This document shows, piece after piece, positions 1 to 8,849 of a stretch of 32,000 nucleotides of DNA. The position numbers were made by a program, and so were the translations under genes. Source of the stretch: an uncultured Mycoplasmatota bacterium (GTDB lineage Bacteria; Bacillota_I; Bacilli_A; RF39; UBA660); contig CAOKAG010000004.1 of the NCBI GenBank assembly GCA_948466395.1, positions 9,078 through 41,077 on the forward strand. The letters are read 5' to 3'. The notes below the pieces were generated by a model, which worked only from the letters and a program-made list of their open reading frames with translations, did no database searches and was not told the origin of the DNA. Positions within the stretch are counted from its first letter, which is position 1; each line of letters starts with the position of its first letter.

Positions 1-464
1 TTAGAATTAATTTAGAACAAGAAATCATTAGCATGGAAATTCCTGAAACCGATGATGAAGAAATTGTTATTGATTATAATAAAAATAAAGGAAAACGAAT
101 CCTAATTGTAGATGACTCAAAAATTAATTTAAAAGTAGCGAATCAAATATTAAAGCCCTATGATTTTAATATAAAACTAGTAGAAAGTGGTTATGAAGCT
201 CTAGAACTTTTAGAATCTGGAACCTTTGATTTAATCCTTATGGACATCATGATGCCTAAAATGAATGGTGTCGAAACACTAAGACGCTTAAAAGAAATGG
301 ATGGCTTCAATATTCCAGTTGTTGCCTTAACAGCCGATGCCATAGAAGGCACTGAAGAAAAATATAAAAATGCTGGATTTAATGCTTATTTATCCAAACC
401 AATTGATCGTTATGAATTAGATCGTGTTTTAAATAAATTTTTAGGAGGAAAAGAAAATGAATAA
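1..464 (+). CDS. C-terminal receiver (REC) domain of a hybrid sensor histidine kinase; 5' end cut by the window edge
   Basis: The frame is open from base 3 to the TAA at 462-464, with no stop upstream of the tracked ATG at 33. CheY-like motifs are present: IVDDSK acidic pocket, LILMDIMMP phospho-acceptor Asp, VALTA, LSKPI Lys. Confidence 0.75.
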   Translation, partial: RINLEQEIISMEIPETDDEEIVIDYNKNKGKRILIVDDSKINLKVANQILKPYDFNIKLVESGYEALELLESGTFDLILMDIMMPKMNGVETLRRLKEMDGFNIPVVALTADAIEGTEEKYKNAGFNAYLSKPIDRYELDRVLNKFLGGKENE

Positions 465-1206
465 TGTTGATTTATTAAAACAAAACAATGTAGATATAAA
501 TGCCGCTTTAGAACTATGGGGAGACATGGATTCTTACAATGAAAGTTTAAAAGAGTTCAAAGAAACTTTGAACTCCAAACTTGCAAGTTTGGAAGGTTAT
601 AAAAATGCTGAAGATTGGAACAACTACTCTATTTTAGTTCACAGTATGAAAAGTGAAGCTAAATATTTAGGATTTATGAAAGACTCTGAAATTTTCTTAA
701 GTCATGAATTAGAAAGTAAGAAAAACAATAAAGAGTACGTAAACGACCATTTTATTGAATTAAGAGAAACGGTTTTTAAAATAGAAAACTTACTAAAGGT
801 TTATTTTAATGAAGACAATGGCAAAAAAAAAATAGTAATAGCTGATGACTCAAATATCATCTTAAATTTTCTTGAAAAAATATTAAATCAAAATGAATTT
901 GAAATTTTAAAAGCAAAAGATGGTAGTGAAGCGCTTACTTTCCTTTCTTCAAATTACATCTATGCGATTTTATTAGATTTAAATATGCCTGGAATAAACG
1001 GTTTTGATGTCTTAAACTATTTAAAAGAAAACAAATTAATCGATGAAATACCAGTCATCATTATCACAGGAGACGATACAGAAGAAACCATTAATAAAAC
1101 CTTTACTTACCCTATTCTAGATGTTTTAAATAAACCTTTTAATGATAAAAATATTGAACGTATCTTAGAATCCATTAAAAGCTTTTATGAACATAAAAAT
1201 TCCTAA
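457..1206 (+). CDS. HPt-REC fusion protein: histidine phosphotransfer domain plus an output-less receiver
   Basis: N-terminal HPt signature HSMKSEAKYLGF. C-terminal REC motifs IADDSN, LLDLNMPGINGF, IIITGD, LNKPF. AGGAGG lies 8 nt upstream of the ATG, and the CDS overlaps the upstream CDS by 8 nt. Confidence 0.8.
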   Translation: MNNVDLLKQNNVDINAALELWGDMDSYNESLKEFKETLNSKLASLEGYKNAEDWNNYSILVHSMKSEAKYLGFMKDSEIFLSHELESKKNNKEYVNDHFIELRETVFKIENLLKVYFNEDNGKKKIVIADDSNIILNFLEKILNQNEFEILKAKDGSEALTFLSSNYIYAILLDLNMPGINGFDVLNYLKENKLIDEIPVIIITGDDTEETINKTFTYPILDVLNKPFNDKNIERILESIKSFYEHKNS

Positions 1207-1228
1207 AATACTAGGAATTTTTTTTTTA
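1198..1228. terminator. Rho-independent terminator, probably bidirectional, between convergent genes
   Basis: 8-bp stem AATTCCTA / TAGGAATT with a 6-nt loop, followed by a T-run of about 10 on the plus strand and preceded by an A-run. Confidence 0.6.
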
Positions 1229-1238
1229 ACTTACTCTT

Positions 1239-2363
1239 TTAAATAATTTTTTGCTTTCTTTTACTAATCACATTATTAATGACAACAAATAACAAGATAA
1301 AACAAATAAGAAGACTCACATTTATTAAAATTGGTTTCATATGACTAAAATCAATGACTTCTAAACTTTTAATAAGTTCATTATTCTTAATATAGTAATA
1401 AGAAGGAAGAATCTGACTAAATTTTACAACACTTTCTGGTAAAAAGTCCATGGGTACAAATGCTCCACATAAAAAACTACTTCCCAATGCAATCACATTG
1501 ACAATGCCATTAATAGCTTCTTTATTACGCACTAAAGTAGACAATAAAACCGCTAGTGACAAAGAAAGAATCATGAAAATAAAACTATTTAAAACATAAA
1601 GAAGTCCATACATGGTAAACATAATCTCGCCAACTAATAGAACACTTAATAATAAATACACGCCCCATAAAAAGACAGCAAATAAACCATTAGAAAGCAA
1701 TAAAAGTCGATTAAATTTCTTATAATTCATACTTGAAACTAATGTTCTCTTATTAATTTTTTCCGTTTTAAAACTACTAATAATTAAGCAAATAACAAAA
1801 ACACAACCCGCTAGAAACGTATAATTCGCCATATTATAAAAACTGGCCGCATTATTTAAACCCTTTGTATCCAATTTAGTTAAAACGTCAATTGATACGT
1901 CACTATCCAAAGAAATATGTATTTTTTCTATGATTTCTTCATTGGATAAAGGATATTCTTTATAAATTGTATAAAGATTTAAGTAGCGTTCCAAATACAT
2001 CTTAGCTAAACTTGCTTCATAATTTCCATTCGATTTTACAAAAACAAGCCCCTCTTCTTTCTCGAATGAAGCTGGAATACGAATAAAATAATGAATATCC
2101 CTATAAAATAAAGCATCATCGACCTTCTTTTCATCTAAAGAAACAAACGTACATCGTTCTTTCAAGTACTGTTCTAAATCTTGACTCAATAAACCCTTAT
2201 CGTCATTAATAATAAAGACTTTTGGCTTCGTAGCTTCAAAATTAAACGTTTGGCTTTCGGTTTTAAAATTAAACGTTCCAAAAAAAACTAAAATAAAAAC
2301 ATAAAGAAAAACCACCATCCTATTTTTCTTTAAAATACTTAAAAATGCTTTAAATACTGTCAT
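1239..2363 (-). CDS. ABC-2 family transporter permease
   Basis: N-terminal TM helix, a large extracytoplasmic loop, then about 5 C-terminal TM helices. Last gene of an ATPase-permease-permease operon. I prefer the ATG at 2363 (GAGGTG RBS 6 nt upstream) over the tracked GTG at 2372. Confidence 0.75.
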   Translation of the reverse strand: MTVFKAFLSILKKNRMVVFLYVFILVFFGTFNFKTESQTFNFEATKPKVFIINDDKGLLSQDLEQYLKERCTFVSLDEKKVDDALFYRDIHYFIRIPASFEKEEGLVFVKSNGNYEASLAKMYLERYLNLYTIYKEYPLSNEEIIEKIHISLDSDVSIDVLTKLDTKGLNNAASFYNMANYTFLAGCVFVICLIISSFKTEKINKRTLVSSMNYKKFNRLLLLSNGLFAVFLWGVYLLLSVLLVGEIMFTMYGLLYVLNSFIFMILSLSLAVLLSTLVRNKEAINGIVNVIALGSSFLCGAFVPMDFLPESVVKFSQILPSYYYIKNNELIKSLEVIDFSHMKPILINVSLLICFILLFVVINNVISKRKQKII

Positions 2364-3510
2364 ATTTCTCACCTCTTAAAATAACAATAGAAATTAAAAA
2401 CAACACCAAAGAAAAAAGGATTAAACTGATTAAATTCATAAAAAAGCGTTCTGGAGTATCATAATAATAAAGAGCATAAAAACCATCTGTAATCATATTA
2501 GCAGGATTTAGTTTATTAAGAATAGGAACGTTTTTATCAATCACGTATTTCATTGTAATTCCCATCATACCTGATAAAACGGAACAAAACATGGTACCAG
2601 CAATAATAATACCAATTTTAGTATTTTCATTTTTCTTTAAAAGAACTGAAATAAACACCCCAAAAGCAAGACCCGCAAGACTTCCAAAAAGAATTAAAAG
2701 CAACACATAGAAAATAGAATCGCCATAATCGACATGTAAAACAACTACCGTAAACAAAAACAGTAAAAGAACACCTATAAGCAATGCAACATAACTCGCA
2801 AGAGCACTACTTCCAATCAATTTCAATTTTTGTATGGGCGCAACACTCACTCTTTTTCCATTAGCACTCATATTGGCAAGTTTCTGATTAATCGCATACA
2901 TACCTAAAATGCCCCCATACAAACACGCCATAGCAATTAAAGTATAATACTCAATCATTGTATAACTTAAATGAGTTTTAGAATCATCTTGAATAGAGCT
3001 TTCCTGATTTGTCATTACTTTTTCATAAATTTGAGCAATAAAAGACGCATCATTTCTAATCGAATCTTGATTCATTTCAATAAGATGATTAAAAAGGGTC
3101 TTTTTTTCTTCAATTTCTTCAATTACGAATTTAAAAGTTGTTTCATCAATACCATTCTCAGAAATAACTAATTTCGCTTCCTTTTCTAAATTTAAATAGC
3201 CAACAATTTCCTTTTTTTTAGTCAAAGACCGACACGTTTCTTCATCTTCATAACGGATAGAAAAAAGTTGCGTTTTACTTCCCTCTTCTCCTAAAACTTG
3301 AAACGTTTCTTTATATAACGTATTTTCTAGAAAAACTTGATTTTCAACAATACCAATAGGAATCACTTTAAAAGTTTCCCCTTTTTCAATATCACTAAAT
3401 GCAAAATAAAACAAAAGACCTAAAATAATTGGAAAAGCGTACGTCCAAAAAATTAAAATCTTATTTTTAAAAAGGGTTTTTAAAGTATAATTAAAATTAT
3501 GAAAAAACAT
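2350..3510 (-). CDS. ABC-2 family transporter permease
   Basis: Same topology as the downstream paralogue. Its ATG overlaps the TGA stop of the ATPase gene (TGATG), which implies translational coupling. The tracked TTG at 3513 is one codon upstream. Confidence 0.75.
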   Translation of the reverse strand: MFFHNFNYTLKTLFKNKILIFWTYAFPIILGLLFYFAFSDIEKGETFKVIPIGIVENQVFLENTLYKETFQVLGEEGSKTQLFSIRYEDEETCRSLTKKKEIVGYLNLEKEAKLVISENGIDETTFKFVIEEIEEKKTLFNHLIEMNQDSIRNDASFIAQIYEKVMTNQESSIQDDSKTHLSYTMIEYYTLIAMACLYGGILGMYAINQKLANMSANGKRVSVAPIQKLKLIGSSALASYVALLIGVLLLFLFTVVVLHVDYGDSIFYVLLLILFGSLAGLAFGVFISVLLKKNENTKIGIIIAGTMFCSVLSGMMGITMKYVIDKNVPILNKLNPANMITDGFYALYYYDTPERFFMNLISLILFSLVLFLISIVILRGEKYDSI

Positions 3511-4448
3511 CAATCTCGTAACTCCTTTCCTGTTAGTTCTAAGAACACATCATTTAAAGTAGGACGTTCCGAATAAATCTTTTCATATTTTAATTTATGT
3601 TCATTTAAATACTCTAAGATTGTCATTAAATTATTCTTTCCTTTTAGAAAAGAAACCACAAGAAGTTTATCATCATACCGACAATCTAAAACATTATTAA
3701 GTGCTTCTATTTCTTTTAAGTTTTTTTCTTTTAACGCATCCATCTCTACACTGATTTTTTCTTCTATACGAGCCAGTTTCTTTAACTCATCAGTGGTGCC
3801 ACTAGCTAAAACTTTCCCTTTATCTAAAATGATAATACGATCACATAAAATTTCAACTTCTTCCATATAATGTGTCGTATAAATAATGGTAGCCCCTTCT
3901 TTTCTAAGCGTCTTAATCCCTTCTAATATACGATTTCGACTCTGTGGATCAACCGCAACCGTCGGCTCATCTAAAAAGATAATCTTAGGCTGATGAGCAA
4001 CACCACAAGCAATATTTAACCTTCTAAGAAGCCCTCCTGACAATTGTTTTGGATAATACTTTTTATACGCTTCTAACCCTACTAATTCTAAAGCCTTTTC
4101 AATACAAGTTTTTCTCTTTTCCTTATCAGTAATATAAAGCCCACAAAAATAATCAATGTTTTCATAAACCGTTAACTCTTCAAAAACCGCAACATCTTGA
4201 AAGACAACCCCAATTTCTCTTTTGACTTCATACAAATCAGGACGCATCTCTTTTCCCAAAATCGTAATATGACCTGTATGAAATTTTAAAAGAGATAAAA
4301 TACAATTAATCGTCGTGGTTTTTCCACTTCCATTAGGGCCTAATAAACCTAATATCTCTCCCTCCCGCACTTCTATCGATAAATCATCCACCGCTTTAAC
4401 GCCTTTGTAATCTTTTGTTAAATTTTTTACTTCTATACAATTTGCCAT
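3510..4448 (-). CDS. ABC transporter ATP-binding protein (ABC-2 / DrrA-like, with a C-terminal extension)
   Basis: Walker A GPNGSGKTT, Q-loop, signature LSGGLLRR, Walker B IIFLDEPT, H-loop TTHYMEE. GGAGAAAAA RBS before the ATG. Confidence 0.9.
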   Translation of the reverse strand: MANCIEVKNLTKDYKGVKAVDDLSIEVREGEILGLLGPNGSGKTTTINCILSLLKFHTGHITILGKEMRPDLYEVKREIGVVFQDVAVFEELTVYENIDYFCGLYITDKEKRKTCIEKALELVGLEAYKKYYPKQLSGGLLRRLNIACGVAHQPKIIFLDEPTVAVDPQSRNRILEGIKTLRKEGATIIYTTHYMEEVEILCDRIIILDKGKVLASGTTDELKKLARIEEKISVEMDALKEKNLKEIEALNNVLDCRYDDKLLVVSFLKGKNNLMTILEYLNEHKLKYEKIYSERPTLNDVFLELTGKELRD

Positions 4449-4506
4449 TTTTTCTCCTTATCTATATGATTGTTTTAATAACAACTAATTCCTATCACTA
4501 TCATTC

Positions 4507-4535
4507 ATTATAATTTTATAACAAAAAAAAGTAAA
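4507..4535 (-). promoter_or_regulatory. Putative sigma-A promoter of the ABC-2 operon
   Basis: The minus strand reads TTTACT-N17-TATAAT, about 60 nt upstream of the ATPase ATG. Confidence 0.4.
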
Positions 4536-4560
4536 TAAAAAATAAAATCGCTTTCCTATT

Positions 4561-5640
4561 TTATTTTCTATTTATCAAATCAATAACCACATATTCTGCA
4601 ACCGCTCCAGTCTTAAATTGAATTGTCCAATTTCCAATCCCTGAACTGACTAGAAAAGTCGTATTTTTTCTTTTTTGAAGCCCATAAGACTGATCGTCGA
4701 TATTAAACAGTTTAGAAATATACTTTATAGGCAACAATTGTCCACCATGCGTGTGTCCCGATAAAACTAAATCCATTCCCGCCTCAGATTCTTGTTTATA
4801 ATCATTAGGTTCATGGTCAAGAACAAGACTATATTTTTGTTCATCCAAATCTTGAGTCAATTCTTGTGCACTCATTCGACTCTTAGTTTGGGCGTCTTGT
4901 CTTCCAATCAACGTCAAATTCTCTAATAAATCAATGGATTGATCCTCGAGTATAACCACATGATTTTTAATCAGTTCAAGTCTTAAATCACTTTCATTAT
5001 ACCCTCGATACTTAAAATAACCTTTATCATGATTCCCAAAAACAAAATAGACTCCATACTTTGTTTTTAATTGACCCAATCCAGAACACGCTTTAATCAT
5101 GTCTTCTTTACTGGTATCATCATCTACATAATCTCCCGTAATCACAACAATATCAGGAGAAGTTTTATTAATTCTTTCCATATAAGAAATAAAACGATTC
5201 CCATCCATTGTAGAACCAATATGACTATCTGTAATTTGAACAATTCTAAAACGATCCACTCCAATATCTTTTGTTGTTTCTATCACATAATGCGTCTCAA
5301 CTACGTGATGCGCTAAATAATAACCATAAGAAAGATAAAGAAACGTAACGATAAAAGCTAAGACTAAACGAGCAAAAGAACCGAAACGTTTTTTAAACAC
5401 TTTTTTAATAATAAAACCCAATAAATCAAAAAGAAGTAAAAAAACAAAAAAATGCAAAAGTACAATCAGTCCATTAATAAAATTTTTAAAAAAGAAAATA
5501 AGGAATGCCACAATAGGAGTAAAAGGAATGCTCCACGAAAGAAAGGAATTTTTCATATTTAGTTTTTGAACAAGACGATAAATTCTTTTAAATAAAAAAA
5601 ACAAGAGAATGAAAACAAACAAAATCAAAACAACCTTCAA
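4561..5640 (-). CDS. Membrane-anchored calcineurin-like metallophosphoesterase
   Basis: About 4 N-terminal TM helices, then motifs DSHIG, GDYVDD, GNHD, GHTHGGQ. TTG start with a GGAGGTG RBS 5 nt upstream. Confidence 0.85.
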   Translation of the reverse strand: MKVVLILFVFILLFFLFKRIYRLVQKLNMKNSFLSWSIPFTPIVAFLIFFFKNFINGLIVLLHFFVFLLLFDLLGFIIKKVFKKRFGSFARLVLAFIVTFLYLSYGYYLAHHVVETHYVIETTKDIGVDRFRIVQITDSHIGSTMDGNRFISYMERINKTSPDIVVITGDYVDDDTSKEDMIKACSGLGQLKTKYGVYFVFGNHDKGYFKYRGYNESDLRLELIKNHVVILEDQSIDLLENLTLIGRQDAQTKSRMSAQELTQDLDEQKYSLVLDHEPNDYKQESEAGMDLVLSGHTHGGQLLPIKYISKLFNIDDQSYGLQKRKNTTFLVSSGIGNWTIQFKTGAVAEYVVIDLINRK

Positions 5641-5709
5641 AAAAACACCTCCAATTTTGTTTTTAATAAGCTATTAAATTTTATTCAAATACTTTATCAT
5701 TAGAATATT

Positions 5710-5874
5710 TTAACAAGAATCTAATGAAAGAACAACTGCTCCTCTTTCTTTTTTTCTAATTTCAATTCTTTCTGTCGCTTCAATGTATCCCTCGATAAAT
5801 TCTTTTTGTTCATACAAGAAATTAAGTAGCCATTCTAATTGTTCTTTTTTAGTTAAAGTTCTTATTTCAGACAT
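5710..5874 (-). CDS. Small hypothetical protein, 54 aa (MSEIRTLTKKEQLEWLLNFLYEQKEFIEGYIEATERIEIRKKERGAVVLSLDSC); absent from the ORF track
   Basis: ATG at 5874 is preceded by GGAGG with 6-nt spacing. The frame runs open to the TAA at 5710-5712. The ORF sits between a terminator hairpin and the phosphoesterase gene on the same strand. Confidence 0.5.
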   Translation of the reverse strand: MSEIRTLTKKEQLEWLLNFLYEQKEFIEGYIEATERIEIRKKERGAVVLSLDSC

Positions 5875-5950
5875 AGACTACCTCCTTCTTTATTACTATA
5901 TTGTATTAAAAAGAAAACATTTTTTGCATAACATTTATCTATTTAAAATA

Positions 5951-5982
5951 ATAAAAAAAAACTCTTTAATGCACAAGAGTTT
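5951..5982 (-). terminator. Rho-independent terminator, the second of two downstream of tRNA-Met
   Basis: Stem AAACTCTT / AAGAGTTT (8 bp) with an 8-nt loop, followed on the minus strand by a T-run. Confidence 0.55.
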
Positions 5983-6030
5983 GAAACGACCTGATAGTTT
6001 TAAATCATTGTCTTCTAATATAGTTCTATA

Positions 6031-6056
6031 AAATAAAAAACTAGATAACTCTAGTT
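6031..6056 (-). terminator. Rho-independent terminator immediately after tRNA-Met
   Basis: Stem AACTAGA / TCTAGTT (7 bp) with a 4-nt loop, followed on the minus strand by a T-run. Confidence 0.5.
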
Positions 6057-6066
6057 ACTTTTTAAA

Positions 6067-6143
6067 TGGTAGCGCCGGGGAGATTCGAACTCTCGACCTA
6101 CCGGGTATGAACCGGTTGCTCTAGCCAACTGAGCTACAGCGCC
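6067..6143 (-). tRNA. tRNA-Met (anticodon CAU), elongator type, with encoded CCA
   Basis: The reverse complement GGCGCTGTAGCTCAGTTGGCTAGAGCAACCGGTTCATACCCGGTAGGTCGAGAGTTCGAATCTCCCCGGCGCTACCA folds as a cloverleaf. Anticodon stem ACCGG/CCGGT, loop TTCATAC, T-loop TTCGAAT. One A:C mismatch in the T stem. Confidence 0.9.
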
Positions 6144-6320
6144 ATAACAAGAACAACTTAATCTTATCATAATTTATGCCATCTTACAACATTAATTGCA
6201 TACTTTTTTAAAAAAAAGAAATAAATCCCTTAACGCTTTTCGATTTTTTCAAAAGCAAGAATTTTCTTACCTTATAATCATTCACAAGTTTAATCAATCT
6301 ACTTACTTCAAATTTTATAT

Positions 6321-6358
6321 AAAATAAAAAATAAGAATTTAGCTTATTAACTAAATTC
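6321..6358 (-). terminator. Rho-independent terminator of the 6364-6723 gene
   Basis: Stem GAATTTAG / CTAAATTC (8 bp) with an 8-nt loop, followed on the minus strand by a T-rich run. Confidence 0.5.
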
Positions 6359-6363
6359 AGTCA

Positions 6364-6723
6364 TTAAATCCATCTGGAAATATAAATATTGCGCTTTGTA
6401 TCTTCTTCATATTTATTAAAAATAGAAATAATATTTTCAACAATAGTCTTTAAAATATTTGTACAAGTATTGGTCACTTTAACTCTAAAAATTTCTTGTT
6501 GCATTCTTCGGCGGAAAAAATAATCATCAATATACTTTCCTAAAACATAATCAATTCTCTTAACCATATTGATCTCTTCACGATTATCTAAATCAGCTTT
6601 AAAAATAAAATCTTCATAAATTTTAATTAACTTTTCCGTCACTGAATCTTCTTCAAAATATTCAAAATTAATAATACGATAAAAATTCGGACAAATATTT
6701 AATACTAACTTATTCTTATCCAC
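6364..6723 (-). CDS. Hypothetical protein, about 119 aa; no family recognised
   Basis: Open frame. I prefer the GTG at 6723 (GGAGGAG RBS 7 nt upstream) because the tracked ATG at 6753 falls inside the predicted -10 box of its own promoter. Confidence 0.55.
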   Translation of the reverse strand: MDKNKLVLNICPNFYRIINFEYFEEDSVTEKLIKIYEDFIFKADLDNREEINMVKRIDYVLGKYIDDYFFRRRMQQEIFRVKVTNTCTNILKTIVENIISIFNKYEEDTKRNIYISRWI

Positions 6724-6751
6724 TGCTTTACTCCTCCATCTATTATATACC

Positions 6752-6802
6752 ATAATACTACAAATAGTACCATTTGTAAATAAGAGAACTTGATGTTATA
6801 AT
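6752..6802. promoter_or_regulatory. Back-to-back divergent promoters with overlapping -35 boxes
   Basis: Minus strand: TTTACA(6780-6775)-N17-TATTAT(6757-6752). Plus strand: TTGTAA(6774-6779)-N17 ending in TGt-TATAAT(6797-6802), an extended -10, placed 27 nt before the ATG of the VanY-like gene. Confidence 0.45.
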
Positions 6803-6829
6803 ACATTTAAATAGAAAAGAGGTCTTTCA

Positions 6830-7795
6830 ATGACTCCAAAAAAACATTTAAAATTAAAAAAGAATGTATTGTACATAGGATTATTTAGTCTTACTTTGAT
6901 AATCTTTCTAGTAAATTTAGGTTTACATTTTTATCAAAATTACAAATACAAACAAACTAATGAATACAAACTTATTACGATTGGCTATACCAAAGAAGAA
7001 GCAACCCTCCTTTTAAAATCCTTTAATGAAGAAGAGGAATTAAAAAAAATTTTAGACCAAAAGAAAAATGAAAAATTAATTCAGTTAATACAAGAAAAAT
7101 ATTATATGAAAAAAAATTTAGACCGCTATTTAGCGTATATTGAAAAAAATAAAGACACCTCTATAAATGAAGTGGTCACATTAGTAAACGTTCATCGTGA
7201 TTCTGATTATTATGAAAACACAATCGAAGCCGATCTTAATAAAGGCATACTTTTAAATGTAAATAAATATTATTATTTGAATGAAGAATACATCCCAGAA
7301 ACATTAGAAAAAATAAGCATTCGTTACGCTTACGCTGGAAATAATATGATAAGTGAAGCCAATACAGCTTTTTATGACTTATGTAAAAGTGCTGAACAAG
7401 ATGGGTTAACCCTTATTGTTAATTCAAGTTATAGAAGTTACGAAAATCAAGTCAATACTTATAGAAGCATTAAAAATGCCAAAGGCGAAAGAGAAGCCGA
7501 TAAAACAGCGGCAAGACCAGGTCATAGTGAACATCAAACAGGCTTATCAGTAGACGTGTTTGAAAAAAATAACCAATCCACTCTAACTTTTAAAGACTCA
7601 GAAGCCTATTCATGGCTAAAAGAAAACGCTCATAACTTTGGATTTATAGAACGCTATCCTGAAGGAAAAGAAAACATTACGGGATACAACCCTGAAGCTT
7701 GGCACTGGCGTTATGTCGGAACAGAAGTGGCTAAAATGATTCATGATGAAAACATCACGTTTGATGAATATTATGCTTTTTATGTAGAAAATTAG
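6830..7795 (+). CDS. D-alanyl-D-alanine carboxypeptidase, VanY / M15B zinc peptidase family, signal-anchored
   Basis: N-terminal TM helix. M15B motifs SSYRSYENQ, PGHSEHQTGLSVD (HxxxxxxD) and EAWHWRYVG. AAGAGG RBS. Confidence 0.9.
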   Translation: MTPKKHLKLKKNVLYIGLFSLTLIIFLVNLGLHFYQNYKYKQTNEYKLITIGYTKEEATLLLKSFNEEEELKKILDQKKNEKLIQLIQEKYYMKKNLDRYLAYIEKNKDTSINEVVTLVNVHRDSDYYENTIEADLNKGILLNVNKYYYLNEEYIPETLEKISIRYAYAGNNMISEANTAFYDLCKSAEQDGLTLIVNSSYRSYENQVNTYRSIKNAKGEREADKTAARPGHSEHQTGLSVDVFEKNNQSTLTFKDSEAYSWLKENAHNFGFIERYPEGKENITGYNPEAWHWRYVGTEVAKMIHDENITFDEYYAFYVEN

Positions 7796-7809
7796 AAAAG
7801 AGGTTTTTT

Positions 7810-8775
7810 ATGCTTTTAAATTTAATCATTCTAATTGTTGGTTTTGTCATCCTTGTAAAAGGTGCCGATGTTTTTGTCGATGCGGCCTCTAGTTTAGCTA
7901 AAAATTTTCATCTTTCCAAAATGTTAATTGCTTTAACCATTGTCGCCTTTGGAACCAGTGCCCCAGAATTTGCGGTTTCCATAAAAGCCATGATCAGTCA
8001 AACTGGAGACATTGTATTAGGCAACGTCATTGGAAGTAACATTTTAAATATTTTATTAATTTTGGGGGTTTCAAGTTGTATTCACGCTTTAAATGTAAAA
8101 AGTGCTACGATAAAAAAAGAACTCCCCATTACCATGCTCATAACAACCCTTTTTATCATTCTCATCAACGATGTTTTTTTAGGAAATGGTAGTGAAAATA
8201 TGCTTACCAGATCCGACGGCTTGATAATATTACTGTTCTTCTCTATCTTTATATATTATCTTTTTACCATTATGAAAAATAAAACCGATAATAATAGCGA
8301 TGAAGATGAAAAACCAAAATACAATATTTTTTTATCTTTTATATTTACAGCTTTAGGAATTATTTGTTTAGTGTTTGGAAGCAACGCTGTGGTCGATTCT
8401 GCTAGTGAAATTGCCAAAATAGTAGGGGTCAGTGAACGCGTCATCGCCCTAACCATTATCGCTTTAGGAACCAGCCTTCCAGAACTGGTTACAAGTATTG
8501 TAGCAACAAAAAAAGGAGAATACGATATAGCCATTGGTAACGTTGTAGGAAGCAATATATTTAATATAGGTATAGTTTTAGGGATTCCAATAACCATTTT
8601 TGGTAGCATTCATTCTATCACATTTAATTCTCTTGATTTACTCATCATGCTTCTATCGGCGATTCTTCTTTTCTTATTTAGTTTTAAAGATCATAAAATA
8701 AGTCGCAAACAAGGTCTTATTTTTCTATTAATCTTTATAGTATATTACAGCCATTTAATTTTCTCTTCCCTATAA
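7810..8775 (+). CDS. CaCA family cation/Ca2+ exchanger (YrbG-like)
   Basis: Two alpha-repeats (GTSAPEF...GNVIGSNILNILLILG and GTSLPELVTS...GNVVGSNIFNIGIVLG) separated by an acidic loop; about 10 TM helices. Confidence 0.9.
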   Translation: MLLNLIILIVGFVILVKGADVFVDAASSLAKNFHLSKMLIALTIVAFGTSAPEFAVSIKAMISQTGDIVLGNVIGSNILNILLILGVSSCIHALNVKSATIKKELPITMLITTLFIILINDVFLGNGSENMLTRSDGLIILLFFSIFIYYLFTIMKNKTDNNSDEDEKPKYNIFLSFIFTALGIICLVFGSNAVVDSASEIAKIVGVSERVIALTIIALGTSLPELVTSIVATKKGEYDIAIGNVVGSNIFNIGIVLGIPITIFGSIHSITFNSLDLLIMLLSAILLFLFSFKDHKISRKQGLIFLLIFIVYYSHLIFSSL

Positions 8776-8776
8776 C

Positions 8777-8806
8777 AAAAAGAAACGCTAAAACGTTTCT
8801 TTTTTT
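8777..8806. terminator. Bidirectional rho-independent terminator between convergent genes
   Basis: Stem AGAAACG / CGTTTCT with a 6-nt loop, an A-run upstream and a T-run downstream. Confidence 0.7.
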
Positions 8807-8849
8807 GTTCTAAAAACACATTTTACTAAAATTAACTAAAAACTAATCT

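Noticed and set aside
823-832. A10 run at the HPt/REC domain junction of the 457-1206 gene, as a possible frameshift switch
   Set aside because: A and T homopolymers of this length are frequent throughout this AT-rich window, and the run simply encodes KKK. Nothing marks it out from background.
6067-6143. tRNA(CAU) as an initiator tRNA-fMet or a lysidine-modified tRNA-Ile2
   Set aside because: Positions 1:72 are paired (G:U) and the anticodon stem lacks three consecutive G:C pairs, so it is not an initiator. The anticodon loop TTCATAC and the acceptor stem resemble Firmicute elongator tRNA-Met, not the CTCATAA loop of tRNA-Ile2.
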